From: Promethearchaeota archaeon
GTDB taxonomy: Archaea; Asgardarchaeota; Odinarchaeia; Odinarchaeales; JBHLKK01
Reading direction: 5' to 3'
NCBI GenBank assembly: GCA_048939465.1
Contig: JBHLPL010000028.1
Location: 1-19,276, forward strand
Length of the DNA stretch: 19,276 bases
Shown piece after piece: positions 1-7,797 of the stretch. The position numbers and the translations under genes are program-made. Under the pieces are notes generated by a model. That model did not search any database, was not told where the DNA came from, and saw only the letters and a list, made by a program, of their open reading frames with translations. Position 1 is the first letter of the stretch; every line of letters starts with the position of its first letter.

Positions 1-834
1 AAAAAAGTAATCTATGTTTCTGCTACTCCTGGACCCTATGATATGGATATGGCTGAACAAGTTGTTGAACAAATCATTCGTCCTACAGGGCTAGTAGATC
101 CTAAGATTATTGTAAAGACTACTACCAACCAGATAGATGATCTAGTTGAAGAGATCAAGAAAAGAATTGAAAGAAAAGAACGTGTTCTCGTCACAACATT
201 GACCAAACGTATGGCTGAAAAACTCTCCGAGTATTTTGTCGAAACTGGTATTAAAGCTGAATATCTTCATAGTGAAGTTGACACACTGGATCGTATCGAG
301 ATCTTGCGCAATTTGAGACTGGGAAAATTCGATACCGTTGTAGGGATTAATCTTCTTAGAGAGGGACTTGATCTACCAGAAGTCTCGCTTGTCGCCATTC
401 TGAATGCTGATAAGGAAGGATTTCTGAGGTCAGAAAGATCACTCATTCAAATTATGGGGAGAGCCTCGCGTAACATAAATGGGACTGTCATCTTGTACGC
501 GGATGACATGACAAATTCAATGAAAAACGCAATAGATGAAAACAACAGGAGAAGGGAACTGCAACTTGCGTTTAATGAGAAACATGGAATTGTCCCAAAA
601 ACCATTATTAAACCAATTTCAGATATTGCTGAATCGGCTTATGTTCCTCCGTCCTTGGCTGAAGATGTGATAAAGGAGGTAAGAGGCATGTCTGACGGTG
701 AGATTGCAATGCACATCGTGAAGCTAAGAGAGGAGATGAAAACTGCTGCTAATGATCTTGAATTTGAGCAAGCAGCGGAATTAAGAGACAAAATAGCTGT
801 CTTGGAAAACTTAATAGGCTATGCGTCTAGATGA
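1..834 (+). CDS. uvrB: Excinuclease ABC subunit B, 5'-truncated by the window edge
   Basis: Frame 1 is open from base 1 ([14 protein letters not shown], the UvrB YVSATPG motif), so the ATG at 43 is internal. Further UvrB motifs: [67 protein letters not shown], and a C-terminal UVR coiled coil ([21 protein letters not shown]). Confidence 0.97.
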   Translation, partial: KKVIYVSATPGPYDMDMAEQVVEQIIRPTGLVDPKIIVKTTTNQIDDLVEEIKKRIERKERVLVTTLTKRMAEKLSEYFVETGIKAEYLHSEVDTLDRIEILRNLRLGKFDTVVGINLLREGLDLPEVSLVAILNADKEGFLRSERSLIQIMGRASRNINGTVILYADDMTNSMKNAIDENNRRRELQLAFNEKHGIVPKTIIKPISDIAESAYVPPSLAEDVIKEVRGMSDGEIAMHIVKLREEMKTAANDLEFEQAAELRDKIAVLENLIGYASR

Positions 835-909
835 TGATTTACAGCTTTTCATTGACAAAAAGTGATCAATATGATTTCCCATAGAAATGTTTCTGGAGAA
901 TAGAGAAAC

Positions 910-1494
910 ATGAAAGTAATCGTATCTGGTGTTCCAGGTGCTGGAAAGAGCTCCACCTGTGAGAAAGTTAGATCGTTAACTAAAAAGGTAGAACTGGTTA
1001 ATTTCGGCGATCTGGTTTACGAGCTTTCTCTTAAGAAGTATCCGAAAAAGATCTCTACTCGTGAATCTACCAGAGAACTGCCTCGAGAAGATTACCTAGA
1101 AATCCAGAGGGCGGTTGCCAAAAGGATCGCAGAGCTAGACAATGATGTGATTGTCGACACCCACCTGAGTCTCAAGACTTCCCATGGGTTCTATCCTGGC
1201 CTTCCTAGAGAAGTTCTTGAGATTATAAAACCTGACGTTATTGTAATACTGGAACCGGCTCCTGCTGAGATTTACAAGAGAAGAATGAAAGATATGCAAG
1301 AGGACGTGAGAAATCGAGACAGGGAAGAAGAAGATGAGATAGCTTTTCATATGACAGTAAATCGTCTTTTTGGAGTTGCATACTCAGCCTCAGCCGGTTG
1401 TTATCTAGAAATAGTAGATCTTAAGTGGCATGAGGATTATCCATTTCATCACGCTGAAGTTGCTGCCAAAATCATTCTCAGATTACTCGAATGA
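910..1494 (+). CDS. adkA: Archaeal-type adenylate kinase (AdkA family)
   Basis: N-terminal P-loop GVPGAGKSS, plus VNFGD, IVDTH, GFYPGLP, PDVIVILE and RR..D...R.RD segments typical of archaeal AdkA. Confidence 0.88.
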   Translation: MKVIVSGVPGAGKSSTCEKVRSLTKKVELVNFGDLVYELSLKKYPKKISTRESTRELPREDYLEIQRAVAKRIAELDNDVIVDTHLSLKTSHGFYPGLPREVLEIIKPDVIVILEPAPAEIYKRRMKDMQEDVRNRDREEEDEIAFHMTVNRLFGVAYSASAGCYLEIVDLKWHEDYPFHHAEVAAKIILRLLE

Positions 1495-1498
1495 TTGT

Positions 1499-2143
1499 CT
1501 AACGCAAGAATATTTCAATCCTTTCTTTTCCTTTGCCGATGTTTTTTCTCTTTAGTCTTAAATTGCCGATCTCTTCAGTATTTTCGACATGTATTCCCCC
1601 ACAGGGCATCTCTATGTTTTCGCATTTCCAATGCCGATAGCTAGGATTCCTCTCATCGCTCCACGTCTTAATCACATGATTCTCCGAGACAAACCTGTTA
1701 GATAGCTCCTCAACTTCTTTCATCATTGCTGGGTCAAGCTTCCCTTCATGAGCATAGTCGCATCTGCTCTTAGACTCATCGATGTTGGAGCCAATTCTTT
1801 CATGCTCTCCAAACACACTCATGAAGTAATAGTCCACAATGTGGGCAGCAGAGTGAAGCTTCATTATTCGATATCTTCTCTCCCAATCAATAGTCCCTTT
1901 GACATTTCCCCCGACGTCAAATTTCGCTTTGTAGTCAACGATATGGATAATCCTATTATCGCTCTTTCTAGTATCCTTAACCTCTTCTTCATTGAGTTTT
2001 CCCGTGTCTCCGACTTGCCCTCCCCCTTCTGGATAGAAACATGTTTGGTTTAGAACAACACCTTCTTCTGTGATTTCAATAATCTTGGCGTCGAACTCTT
2101 TTCGGTAAGGGTCCTCATAATACAATTTCCTGCTCACTAACAC
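1499..2143 (-). CDS. alaXM: Free-standing alanyl-tRNA editing protein, AlaX-M type
   Basis: LYYEDPY, VVLNQTCFYPEGGGQVGDTG, HSAAH (HxxxH) and CGGIH (CxxxH) Zn-binding editing motifs. GTG start directly preceded by AAGGAGGATGAT on the minus strand. Confidence 0.93.
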   Translation of the reverse strand: MLVSRKLYYEDPYRKEFDAKIIEITEEGVVLNQTCFYPEGGGQVGDTGKLNEEEVKDTRKSDNRIIHIVDYKAKFDVGGNVKGTIDWERRYRIMKLHSAAHIVDYYFMSVFGEHERIGSNIDESKSRCDYAHEGKLDPAMMKEVEELSNRFVSENHVIKTWSDERNPSYRHWKCENIEMPCGGIHVENTEEIGNLRLKRKNIGKGKERIEIFLR

Positions 2144-2202
2144 ATCATCCTCCTTGAAGCATTTCTCTGCTGGAGATTTAGGAAATAATGGTCTGTGAAG
2201 CC

Positions 2203-2211
2203 TTTTAAATA
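2203..2211 (-). promoter_or_regulatory. TATA-box-like element, probably for alaXM
   Basis: Minus strand reads TATTTAAAA about 60 nt upstream of the alaXM GTG. The same AT run could also be read as a plus-strand TATA. Confidence 0.4.
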
Positions 2212-2253
2212 GATTGAAGAAACCTTTTTTTTAAGGTTACGGAAGTAAGGTTT

Positions 2254-2382
2254 TCACAGTCGCTCTATTCTCGCCCTGCGTCGGTCTTTCCCCTGATTCT
2301 TTCTTGATTGATAGCCGATAGCCGACTCAACGGAGGCGTGATACTGGCAGCCAGTGCAAGACCCGGTCGGCATCTGAGACAT
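2254..2382 (-). CDS. Candidate 42-aa small protein with C-x2-C-x2-H and a basic tail (MSQMPTGSCTGCQYHASVESAIGYQSRKNQGKDRRRARIERL); not in the ORF track
   Basis: Hand translation from ATG at 2382 to TGA at 2254. TTTAATATAAA (2417-2407, minus strand) lies at leaderless/short-leader promoter distance. No family recognised. Confidence 0.25.
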   Translation of the reverse strand: MSQMPTGSCTGCQYHASVESAIGYQSRKNQGKDRRRARIERL

Positions 2383-2638
2383 CTTTCAGCGCCCCTTCCT
2401 ACAGCCTTTATATTAAATCCCCCTTCAACATCATTAAATTGCCTGCTGATAGGGATCAGTATGTGTTTTTCGGACTCAAACATCCGCAGAATTTCCCTTG
2501 TTGTTCTGGTCGATGTATCATCCTCCTTTTGGGCATTTCGACAGACTATTATACATATAAAAAATATCGTTGATTCAGGTGACTGCAATTGTCGCATTTA
2601 GCCAAGCTATATCGCAAGAATTATCCTTAAGCATCAGA

Positions 2639-2650
2639 TTTTTATTTATG
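2639..2650 (+). promoter_or_regulatory. Possible TATA box of the hdr operon
   Basis: TTTTTATTTATG about 70 nt upstream of the hdrC ATG at 2722. An alternative AT-rich candidate lies at 2549-2566. Confidence 0.3.
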
Positions 2651-2721
2651 CAATGCCACAACTCATTAAACCACCAATTCTCCCTGTTTCCCTATCAAAC
2701 TATCTAGAAGTTGAGGTAAGA

Positions 2722-3252
2722 ATGGCTGAATTTAAGGACTCTGCGCCGAGATTGGTTAAACCAAAAGCTCAGCTTAAGGAGCATATAAGCAGAATGCTTG
2801 GCGGAGAACGACTCAAGGCCTGCTACTCATGTGGGGCATGTGTCGGGAACTGCCCTGTGGCCAGGATTTTGGACAGATTTAGGCCTCTGCGAATTATCCT
2901 AGAAACCAAGCGCGGATTGGAAGAAGAACTTGTGAAAGGAGAGCCTATTTGGGATTGCGCCTATTGCTTTATCTGCCAAGATGTATGCCCTCAACAGGTG
3001 AGTTTCCCAGATATTCTTTTTGCCATAAGAAATCTCGCTGCCAGAAAAGGCAACATACCTCAGGGATTCATGACCTTTTCTAGAAACGTCTACGATAGCG
3101 GACGATCCGTTCCTCTGGATGAGTTTATGCTGGAAGATAGGGAAGATTTGGGATTGCCTCAGTTAGAGAGTCCTATTCCGAAGAAAGCTCTATCTGATAT
3201 CCGGAAAATAATGAAAATCACGAACTTCAAGAAATTGATTAAACCAAAGTGA
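2722..3252 (+). CDS. hdrC: Heterodisulfide reductase subunit C (copy 1)
   Basis: CYSCGACVGNCP and IWDCAYCFICQDVCPQ (two 4Fe-4S motifs) followed by the HdrC-type AIRNLAARKG segment. Start moved from 2653 to the in-frame ATG at 2722, which has GAGGTAAG at 2713-2720. Confidence 0.92.
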   Translation: MAEFKDSAPRLVKPKAQLKEHISRMLGGERLKACYSCGACVGNCPVARILDRFRPLRIILETKRGLEEELVKGEPIWDCAYCFICQDVCPQQVSFPDILFAIRNLAARKGNIPQGFMTFSRNVYDSGRSVPLDEFMLEDREDLGLPQLESPIPKKALSDIRKIMKITNFKKLIKPK

Positions 3253-3265
3253 GGTTGATTACAGA

Positions 3266-4150
3266 TTGAGATATCTCTTCTTCCTGGGGTGTACTGCACC
3301 TACAAGAGTACAGGGTTATGAGCTTTCGACAAGAAAGGTCCTTCCGGCCTTGGGTGTAGAATTGGTGGATGAACCACTCTTCACTTGCTGTTCACCCGCT
3401 CCCATTATACCTTCAATCGATTTCTTGACAAGTCTTGCCATAACCGCGCGGAACCTTTGTATTGCTGAGGAAGCTGGATCAGATATCGTTACTCTCTGCA
3501 ATGGTTGTTATGGCAACCTGAGTACTGCGATTCATCAAATGGAACGTGAAGAAACCAGGGAGAAAGTGAACAGGATACTGGCTGAGATCGGCTATGAGTA
3601 TAAAGGGAAGGTCAAGGTTAAACATGTCACTCAAGTGCTTTTTGAAGATGTTGGTATCGAAAAGATTAAGGCGAGAGTCAAACGCCCCCTCCCACTTAGA
3701 ATTGGTGCTTATTACGGATGTCATCTAATACGACCTGAAGAAGCCTTGACTTTTGATTATTCGGAAGTCCCCACTAAACTTGATCAGATAGTGACTGCCT
3801 TGGGTGCCGAAAGCATTTGGTATGAATCTAAATTCGAATGCTGCGGGGGGACCTTAAGGGGGTTTAATGATGACATTTCTGTTGAGTTAGGACGACGAAA
3901 GCTTGTGAATCTAGATAAAGCAAATGTAGACTGTGTGGCAGTGACATGTCCGTTTTGCTTCCTGCAGTTTGATAGAGGTCAGGTTGCTATTACCGATAGG
4001 TACGGTGAAGAATACAACATCCCGATTTTCACGATAACTGAACTTATAGGTCTTGCTATGGGATATGATCCTACCGATCTGGGTATAAGACTTAAGGCGA
4101 TTGACGCAAGCAAGATTCTCGAAAGAATATTTCCCTCGGTGAGCGTATAA
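3266..4150 (+). CDS. hdrB: Heterodisulfide reductase subunit B (copy 1)
   Basis: Two CCG domains with all ten Cys and the GCH His (LGC, TCC, CNGC, YYGCH, CCGG, CPFC), plus ARN and QFDRGQ. TTG start with GAGGTTGA SD at 3251-3258. Confidence 0.94.
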   Translation: MRYLFFLGCTAPTRVQGYELSTRKVLPALGVELVDEPLFTCCSPAPIIPSIDFLTSLAITARNLCIAEEAGSDIVTLCNGCYGNLSTAIHQMEREETREKVNRILAEIGYEYKGKVKVKHVTQVLFEDVGIEKIKARVKRPLPLRIGAYYGCHLIRPEEALTFDYSEVPTKLDQIVTALGAESIWYESKFECCGGTLRGFNDDISVELGRRKLVNLDKANVDCVAVTCPFCFLQFDRGQVAITDRYGEEYNIPIFTITELIGLAMGYDPTDLGIRLKAIDASKILERIFPSVSV

Positions 4151-5035
4151 ATGTCTTGGCTCAAAACATCGAAGACTTTCACTGACACTGGTTTTCTGGT
4201 AACAGAACCAAGTTACACCTATGCAATCGAGTTAGAGTACTACAAAGAGATGTGTGCAGGTTGCGGTATGTGTATAGTTGCTTGTCCAAAGGGAGCAATT
4301 AAGATAAAAGATCAAGAGAAACTGATTCAGAAGACGACTGGTATTAATCTCATTGATATAGATGAAGAAAAATGCGTCAAATGTGGTATTTGCGCAGCAA
4401 CGTGTATTTTCAACGCGCTTAAGCTTAGACATAGAGACAATCTCGCTGAAGAAGAATACAGGATACCCGCGACAGAACTCGGGGTTTATCCAAGTTTTCA
4501 AACCACGGCGAAGGTTGAGCTGGAGAAATGTACCTTTTGCAAACTATGTGAAAAGATGTGTCCGAGAAAAGCAATTACAGTAATTCACAAAGAGAAAGTG
4601 GATATAAATTCCATTCTATGCATTGGCTGTGGTTGGTGTGAGTGGATTTGTCCTACGTCCGCCATAACGACTAGAAAATCCCTTACAGGAAGCATCAAAA
4701 TAAACCTGGAAGTCTGCAAAACTGATTGTGACAAGTGCGCCTCTGTCTGTCCAGCTGATGCCATCTACTCCAAATCTATTGCAGAATCGAAATTTGGCAA
4801 GGTCAAAACCAATGTTATTGAGAAGAAGATTCTGAAACAAGAGACTGAAAAGACGGTTCCATTGAGTGAGTTCTGTGTTTTGTGCGGGGCCTGTAAACAG
4901 GTCTGTCCAGTAGAAGAATGTATTGAAATCGAGAGGAAAAAAATCTCCGTCCCCAAACTACGCTCGGCAAAACTGTGGTCAAGAGTACAGGAGAAACTCC
5001 ATAAGGCCACTAGGGAGGCTGGGAGAGCTGAGTAA
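4151..5035 (+). CDS. Polyferredoxin with six 4Fe-4S motifs, FwdF-like
   Basis: Motifs CAGCGMCIVACP, CVKCGICAATCI, CTFCKLCEKMCP, CIGCGWCEWICP, CKTDCDKCASVCP and CVLCGACKQVCP. The linker (...GVYPSFQTTAKVELEKC) resembles FwdF. TAAATG junction with hdrB. Confidence 0.85.
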   Translation: MSWLKTSKTFTDTGFLVTEPSYTYAIELEYYKEMCAGCGMCIVACPKGAIKIKDQEKLIQKTTGINLIDIDEEKCVKCGICAATCIFNALKLRHRDNLAEEEYRIPATELGVYPSFQTTAKVELEKCTFCKLCEKMCPRKAITVIHKEKVDINSILCIGCGWCEWICPTSAITTRKSLTGSIKINLEVCKTDCDKCASVCPADAIYSKSIAESKFGKVKTNVIEKKILKQETEKTVPLSEFCVLCGACKQVCPVEECIEIERKKISVPKLRSAKLWSRVQEKLHKATREAGRAE

Positions 5036-5534
5036 ACGGAAGATTCTGGAAGTAAACGCGAAATTTCGAGAGAAGATCGCCAAACATATTAAAGAGGAGC
5101 TATTGACTGTCTGCAATCAATGCGGAACTTGCACGGGTTCATGTCCCGCAGCAAGGTTCTCCGATTCATTCAATCCCCGGAAAATCATAAGAGGCATAGT
5201 TTTAGGGTCGGATGATGAATTAGTTCGAGGGAATCCAATATGGATGTGTACAACGTGCCATTTTTGCTCTGAGAGATGTCCTCAGGGAATTGACGTTTCT
5301 GAAGGCATTATTGCATTGAGAAATCTGGCTGCTCAAGAAGGTAATGTTCCGGAAGATATCAAGAACGAAGTGGTCAATCTACTATCGGCTGGCGTTACCG
5401 TTCTGCCATCTCCCATGATTGAGAAAAGAAGAGACAAGTTAGGACTGCCCAGCCTACCTCGAGTCGATCTCGAGCAAGTACGAACTTTGCTTAGGGTCGC
5501 CGGTCTAGACAGACATCCGAAGGGGGACAAGTAA
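5028..5534 (+). CDS. hdrC: Heterodisulfide reductase subunit C (copy 2); start uncertain (CTG 5028 favoured over TTG 4923 or TTG 5103)
   Basis: CNQCGTCTGSCP and IWMCTTCHFCSERCPQGID, plus ALRNLAAQEG. The TTG at 4923 would overlap the polyferredoxin by 113 nt. GGGAGG at 5013-5018 sits 9 nt before the in-frame CTG at 5028. Confidence 0.88.
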   Translation: MSKRKILEVNAKFREKIAKHIKEELLTVCNQCGTCTGSCPAARFSDSFNPRKIIRGIVLGSDDELVRGNPIWMCTTCHFCSERCPQGIDVSEGIIALRNLAAQEGNVPEDIKNEVVNLLSAGVTVLPSPMIEKRRDKLGLPSLPRVDLEQVRTLLRVAGLDRHPKGDK

Positions 5535-6434
5535 ATGCTCAACTATGCTTTCTTTCCGGGATGCCTAATCTCTCGAAGATACCCTCAGATTGAACTTGCC
5601 ACCAGGAAAGTAATGGACAGGTTTGGTGTCAAGCTGATAAATATGAATGGAGCTAGCTGCTGCCCAGATCCTATCGGAATTAAATCAATCAATTCAAAAG
5701 CGTGGATGCTAGTTTCTGCCCGAAACCTCTGTATTGCAGAAGAGATGAAAAAAGATATTATGACAGTATGCAACGGCTGTTTTCTAACCCTCAAAACCAC
5801 GAATTTCATACTTAAGAAGAATTCAGCACTGAGACAAGAAATTAATGGATTCTTGGCCGAAGTGGACAAAGAGTTCAAAGGAATCATAAGAGTCAAACAC
5901 ATGTCAGAGATTCTTCATAAAGACCTTGGAATTAAAAGAATCAAAGAACTCATCAAACACCGGCTAAGCAACCTTGATGTTGCCGTTCACCATGGCTGTC
6001 ACCTAGTTATGCCGAATGATATGTTGGCCATTGATAACCCCGAACGGCCATATATACTTGATGAGCTTGTTGAGGTTACGGGAGCCAAAAGCGCGCAATA
6101 TCTTCACAAGAACATGTGTTGTGGTTATGGTACCTCCACAAATAGCAAGGAGACTTCTCTGGAAATAACAAAACTGAAGCTGTTTCAAATGCAGCGTGCA
6201 AGCGTTGACTGCATAACTCTGATGTGCCCCTCTTGTTTCACCCAATTTGACATGGGACAGATACAAATCAAAAGGATCTTCAAAGAATCATTTGACATAC
6301 CAGTAATTCACTACTCACAACTTCTTGGACTGGCCTTAGGCTTCCTACCCAAAGAATTAGGTACACATCTGAATTTGGTCAAAGTTGAGCCTGTCCTCGA
6401 GAAATTAGGAATGCTTGCATCAAATGGAGGTTAG
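5535..6434 (+). CDS. hdrB: Heterodisulfide reductase subunit B (copy 2)
   Basis: FFPGC, SCCP, ARN, CNGC, HHGCH, CCGYG, CPSC and QFDMGQ. TAAATG junction with hdrC copy 2. Confidence 0.94.
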   Translation: MLNYAFFPGCLISRRYPQIELATRKVMDRFGVKLINMNGASCCPDPIGIKSINSKAWMLVSARNLCIAEEMKKDIMTVCNGCFLTLKTTNFILKKNSALRQEINGFLAEVDKEFKGIIRVKHMSEILHKDLGIKRIKELIKHRLSNLDVAVHHGCHLVMPNDMLAIDNPERPYILDELVEVTGAKSAQYLHKNMCCGYGTSTNSKETSLEITKLKLFQMQRASVDCITLMCPSCFTQFDMGQIQIKRIFKESFDIPVIHYSQLLGLALGFLPKELGTHLNLVKVEPVLEKLGMLASNGG

Positions 6435-6440
6435 GCATCA

Positions 6441-7763
6441 ATGAGCAAAAGAAAACCATCAGTATTAGTAATTGGGGGGGGAATAGCTGGAATTCATTCC
6501 GCCCTGAAGCTGGCGGATCTAGGTGTTGATGTCTACCTAGTTGAAAAAGAGGCAAGTCTAGGCGGAACTGCCGCCAAACTAGGTAAAGTATTTCCTACCG
6601 ATGATTGTGGTGTATGTGTTACTGCGTCTGCTAGCCAGTTCGCCACAAGAACTGGATACAGAAGATGTCTCTATCGCACGAATTTTACTGAACTATCAAA
6701 TTTGACTATTCTAACATTAAGTAGGATTCAGAACGTATTGAAAAAGGAAGGAGTCTTCAGTGTAAGAGTAAAACAAGATCCCAGATATGTTAACGAGAGG
6801 GATTGCATTGCATGTAACCTGTGTTCTGAAATATGTCCCGTGGAGGTAACTGATGAATATTGTCTGGGCTTGACGAAAAGAAAAGCAATTTACCTGCCAT
6901 TTATTCAAGCTATACCTTACACATATTTGGTTGACTCTGAAAGCTGTACCCGATGCAATAAATGCGTGGAAGAGTGTCCCACAAACGCTATTAATCTGGA
7001 CCAGCAAGCGAGAGAGTTTACGCTTGTAGTGGACAGAATCGTAGTTGCAACGGGATTCAAGGAAATAGATCCCAGTCACATCAGCGAGTATGGTTACGGC
7101 CTATATGAAAATGTAATTACCCAGATGCAGCTGGCAAGCTTTCTAGACCCGACAGGTCCGACTGAAGGGAAGATTGTTACACCAAAAACAGGGAAAGCCG
7201 CAAAGGATGTTCTCATGATTTTATGTGTAGATTCTCGAAATAAGTCGAACTGGTATTGCTCCAGAATCTGCTGTACCTATGCCATAAAACATGCGATCCT
7301 CCTCAAGCAATCTGGAGTAAATGTAACTATATCGTATATTGATGTTCGAACCATGGGACAATACGAAGAGTATCTTGAGAAAGCTAGGAAAGAAGGAGTC
7401 AGATTTGTGCATGGCCGTGTAAGCACAGTAGAAGAAGATCCCACAGATCACAGGCTTTTGGCACAACTCGAAGATGTCGATAATGCCAAGGTCCTCGAGA
7501 TTCCGTTTGATCTCGTTGTGTTGACTCCACGTCTTGCCCCCTCAGACGGAACCACTGAGATAATCAGAATCCTCGGTTTACCAACTGAAGCTGGAGGCTT
7601 TGTAAAACCATTATCGGATCAGTTTGACTCCACCAGGACTAGCCAGAAAGGCATATTTGTATGCGGTACAGCCCAACAACCGAAAGACATACCAGAATCC
7701 GTAACTGATGCTGGTACCGTCGCAATGAACATTCTTCATTCTTTAATGAAGAATAAGGCATAA
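6441..7763 (+). CDS. hdrA: Short HdrA-like flavoprotein (FAD domain + inserted 2x4Fe-4S domain; no N-terminal domain, no C-terminal ferredoxin); QmoA-like layout
   Basis: Begins at the Rossmann motif VIGGGIAG...VYLVEK. Contains VFPTDDCGVC, CIACNLCSEICP/CTRCNKCVEECP, VVATG, LCVDSR...YCSRICCTYAIK and GIFVCGTAQQPKDIPES. GGAGGT SD at 6426-6431. Confidence 0.9.
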   Translation: MSKRKPSVLVIGGGIAGIHSALKLADLGVDVYLVEKEASLGGTAAKLGKVFPTDDCGVCVTASASQFATRTGYRRCLYRTNFTELSNLTILTLSRIQNVLKKEGVFSVRVKQDPRYVNERDCIACNLCSEICPVEVTDEYCLGLTKRKAIYLPFIQAIPYTYLVDSESCTRCNKCVEECPTNAINLDQQAREFTLVVDRIVVATGFKEIDPSHISEYGYGLYENVITQMQLASFLDPTGPTEGKIVTPKTGKAAKDVLMILCVDSRNKSNWYCSRICCTYAIKHAILLKQSGVNVTISYIDVRTMGQYEEYLEKARKEGVRFVHGRVSTVEEDPTDHRLLAQLEDVDNAKVLEIPFDLVVLTPRLAPSDGTTEIIRILGLPTEAGGFVKPLSDQFDSTRTSQKGIFVCGTAQQPKDIPESVTDAGTVAMNILHSLMKNKA

Positions 7764-7767
7764 GGGG

Positions 7768-7797
7768 GAGAAGGAGAATGAGAAGGAGAATGAGAAG
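7768..7797 (+). repeat. 12-bp tandem repeat GAGAAGGAGAAT x2 plus partial third copy (GAGAAG)
   Basis: Read directly: 7768-7779, 7780-7791 and 7792-7797. It creates two in-frame SD+ATG units (ATG 7778 and ATG 7790). Confidence 0.9.

Noticed and set aside
861-885. TTGACA (862-867) plus TATGAT (880-885) as a bacterial sigma70 promoter, and an ATTGA-N10-TCAAT palindrome upstream of adkA
   Set aside because: The spacer is only 12 nt, the context is archaeal, and 5-bp arms are expected by chance.
2270-2435. RNase P-like GGGGAAAGACC and box C/D-like ATGATGT...CTGA on the minus strand
   Set aside because: The remaining RNase P conserved regions are absent, the C box is imperfect, and no C'/D' pair is evident.
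2265-2601. ORF-track ORFs 2265-2597 (-) and 2308-2601 (+)
   Set aside because: They overlap each other, lack convincing SD or family motifs, and span AT-rich promoter-like sequence.
2653-2721. 23-codon N-terminal extension of hdrC copy 1 from ATG 2653
   Set aside because: No SD at 2653, and the extension is not HdrC-like. ATG 2722 has a strong GAGGTAAG site.
4923-5027. TTG 4923 as the start of hdrC copy 2
   Set aside because: It gives a 113-nt overlap with the polyferredoxin, and the extra residues look like an alternative-frame read-out.
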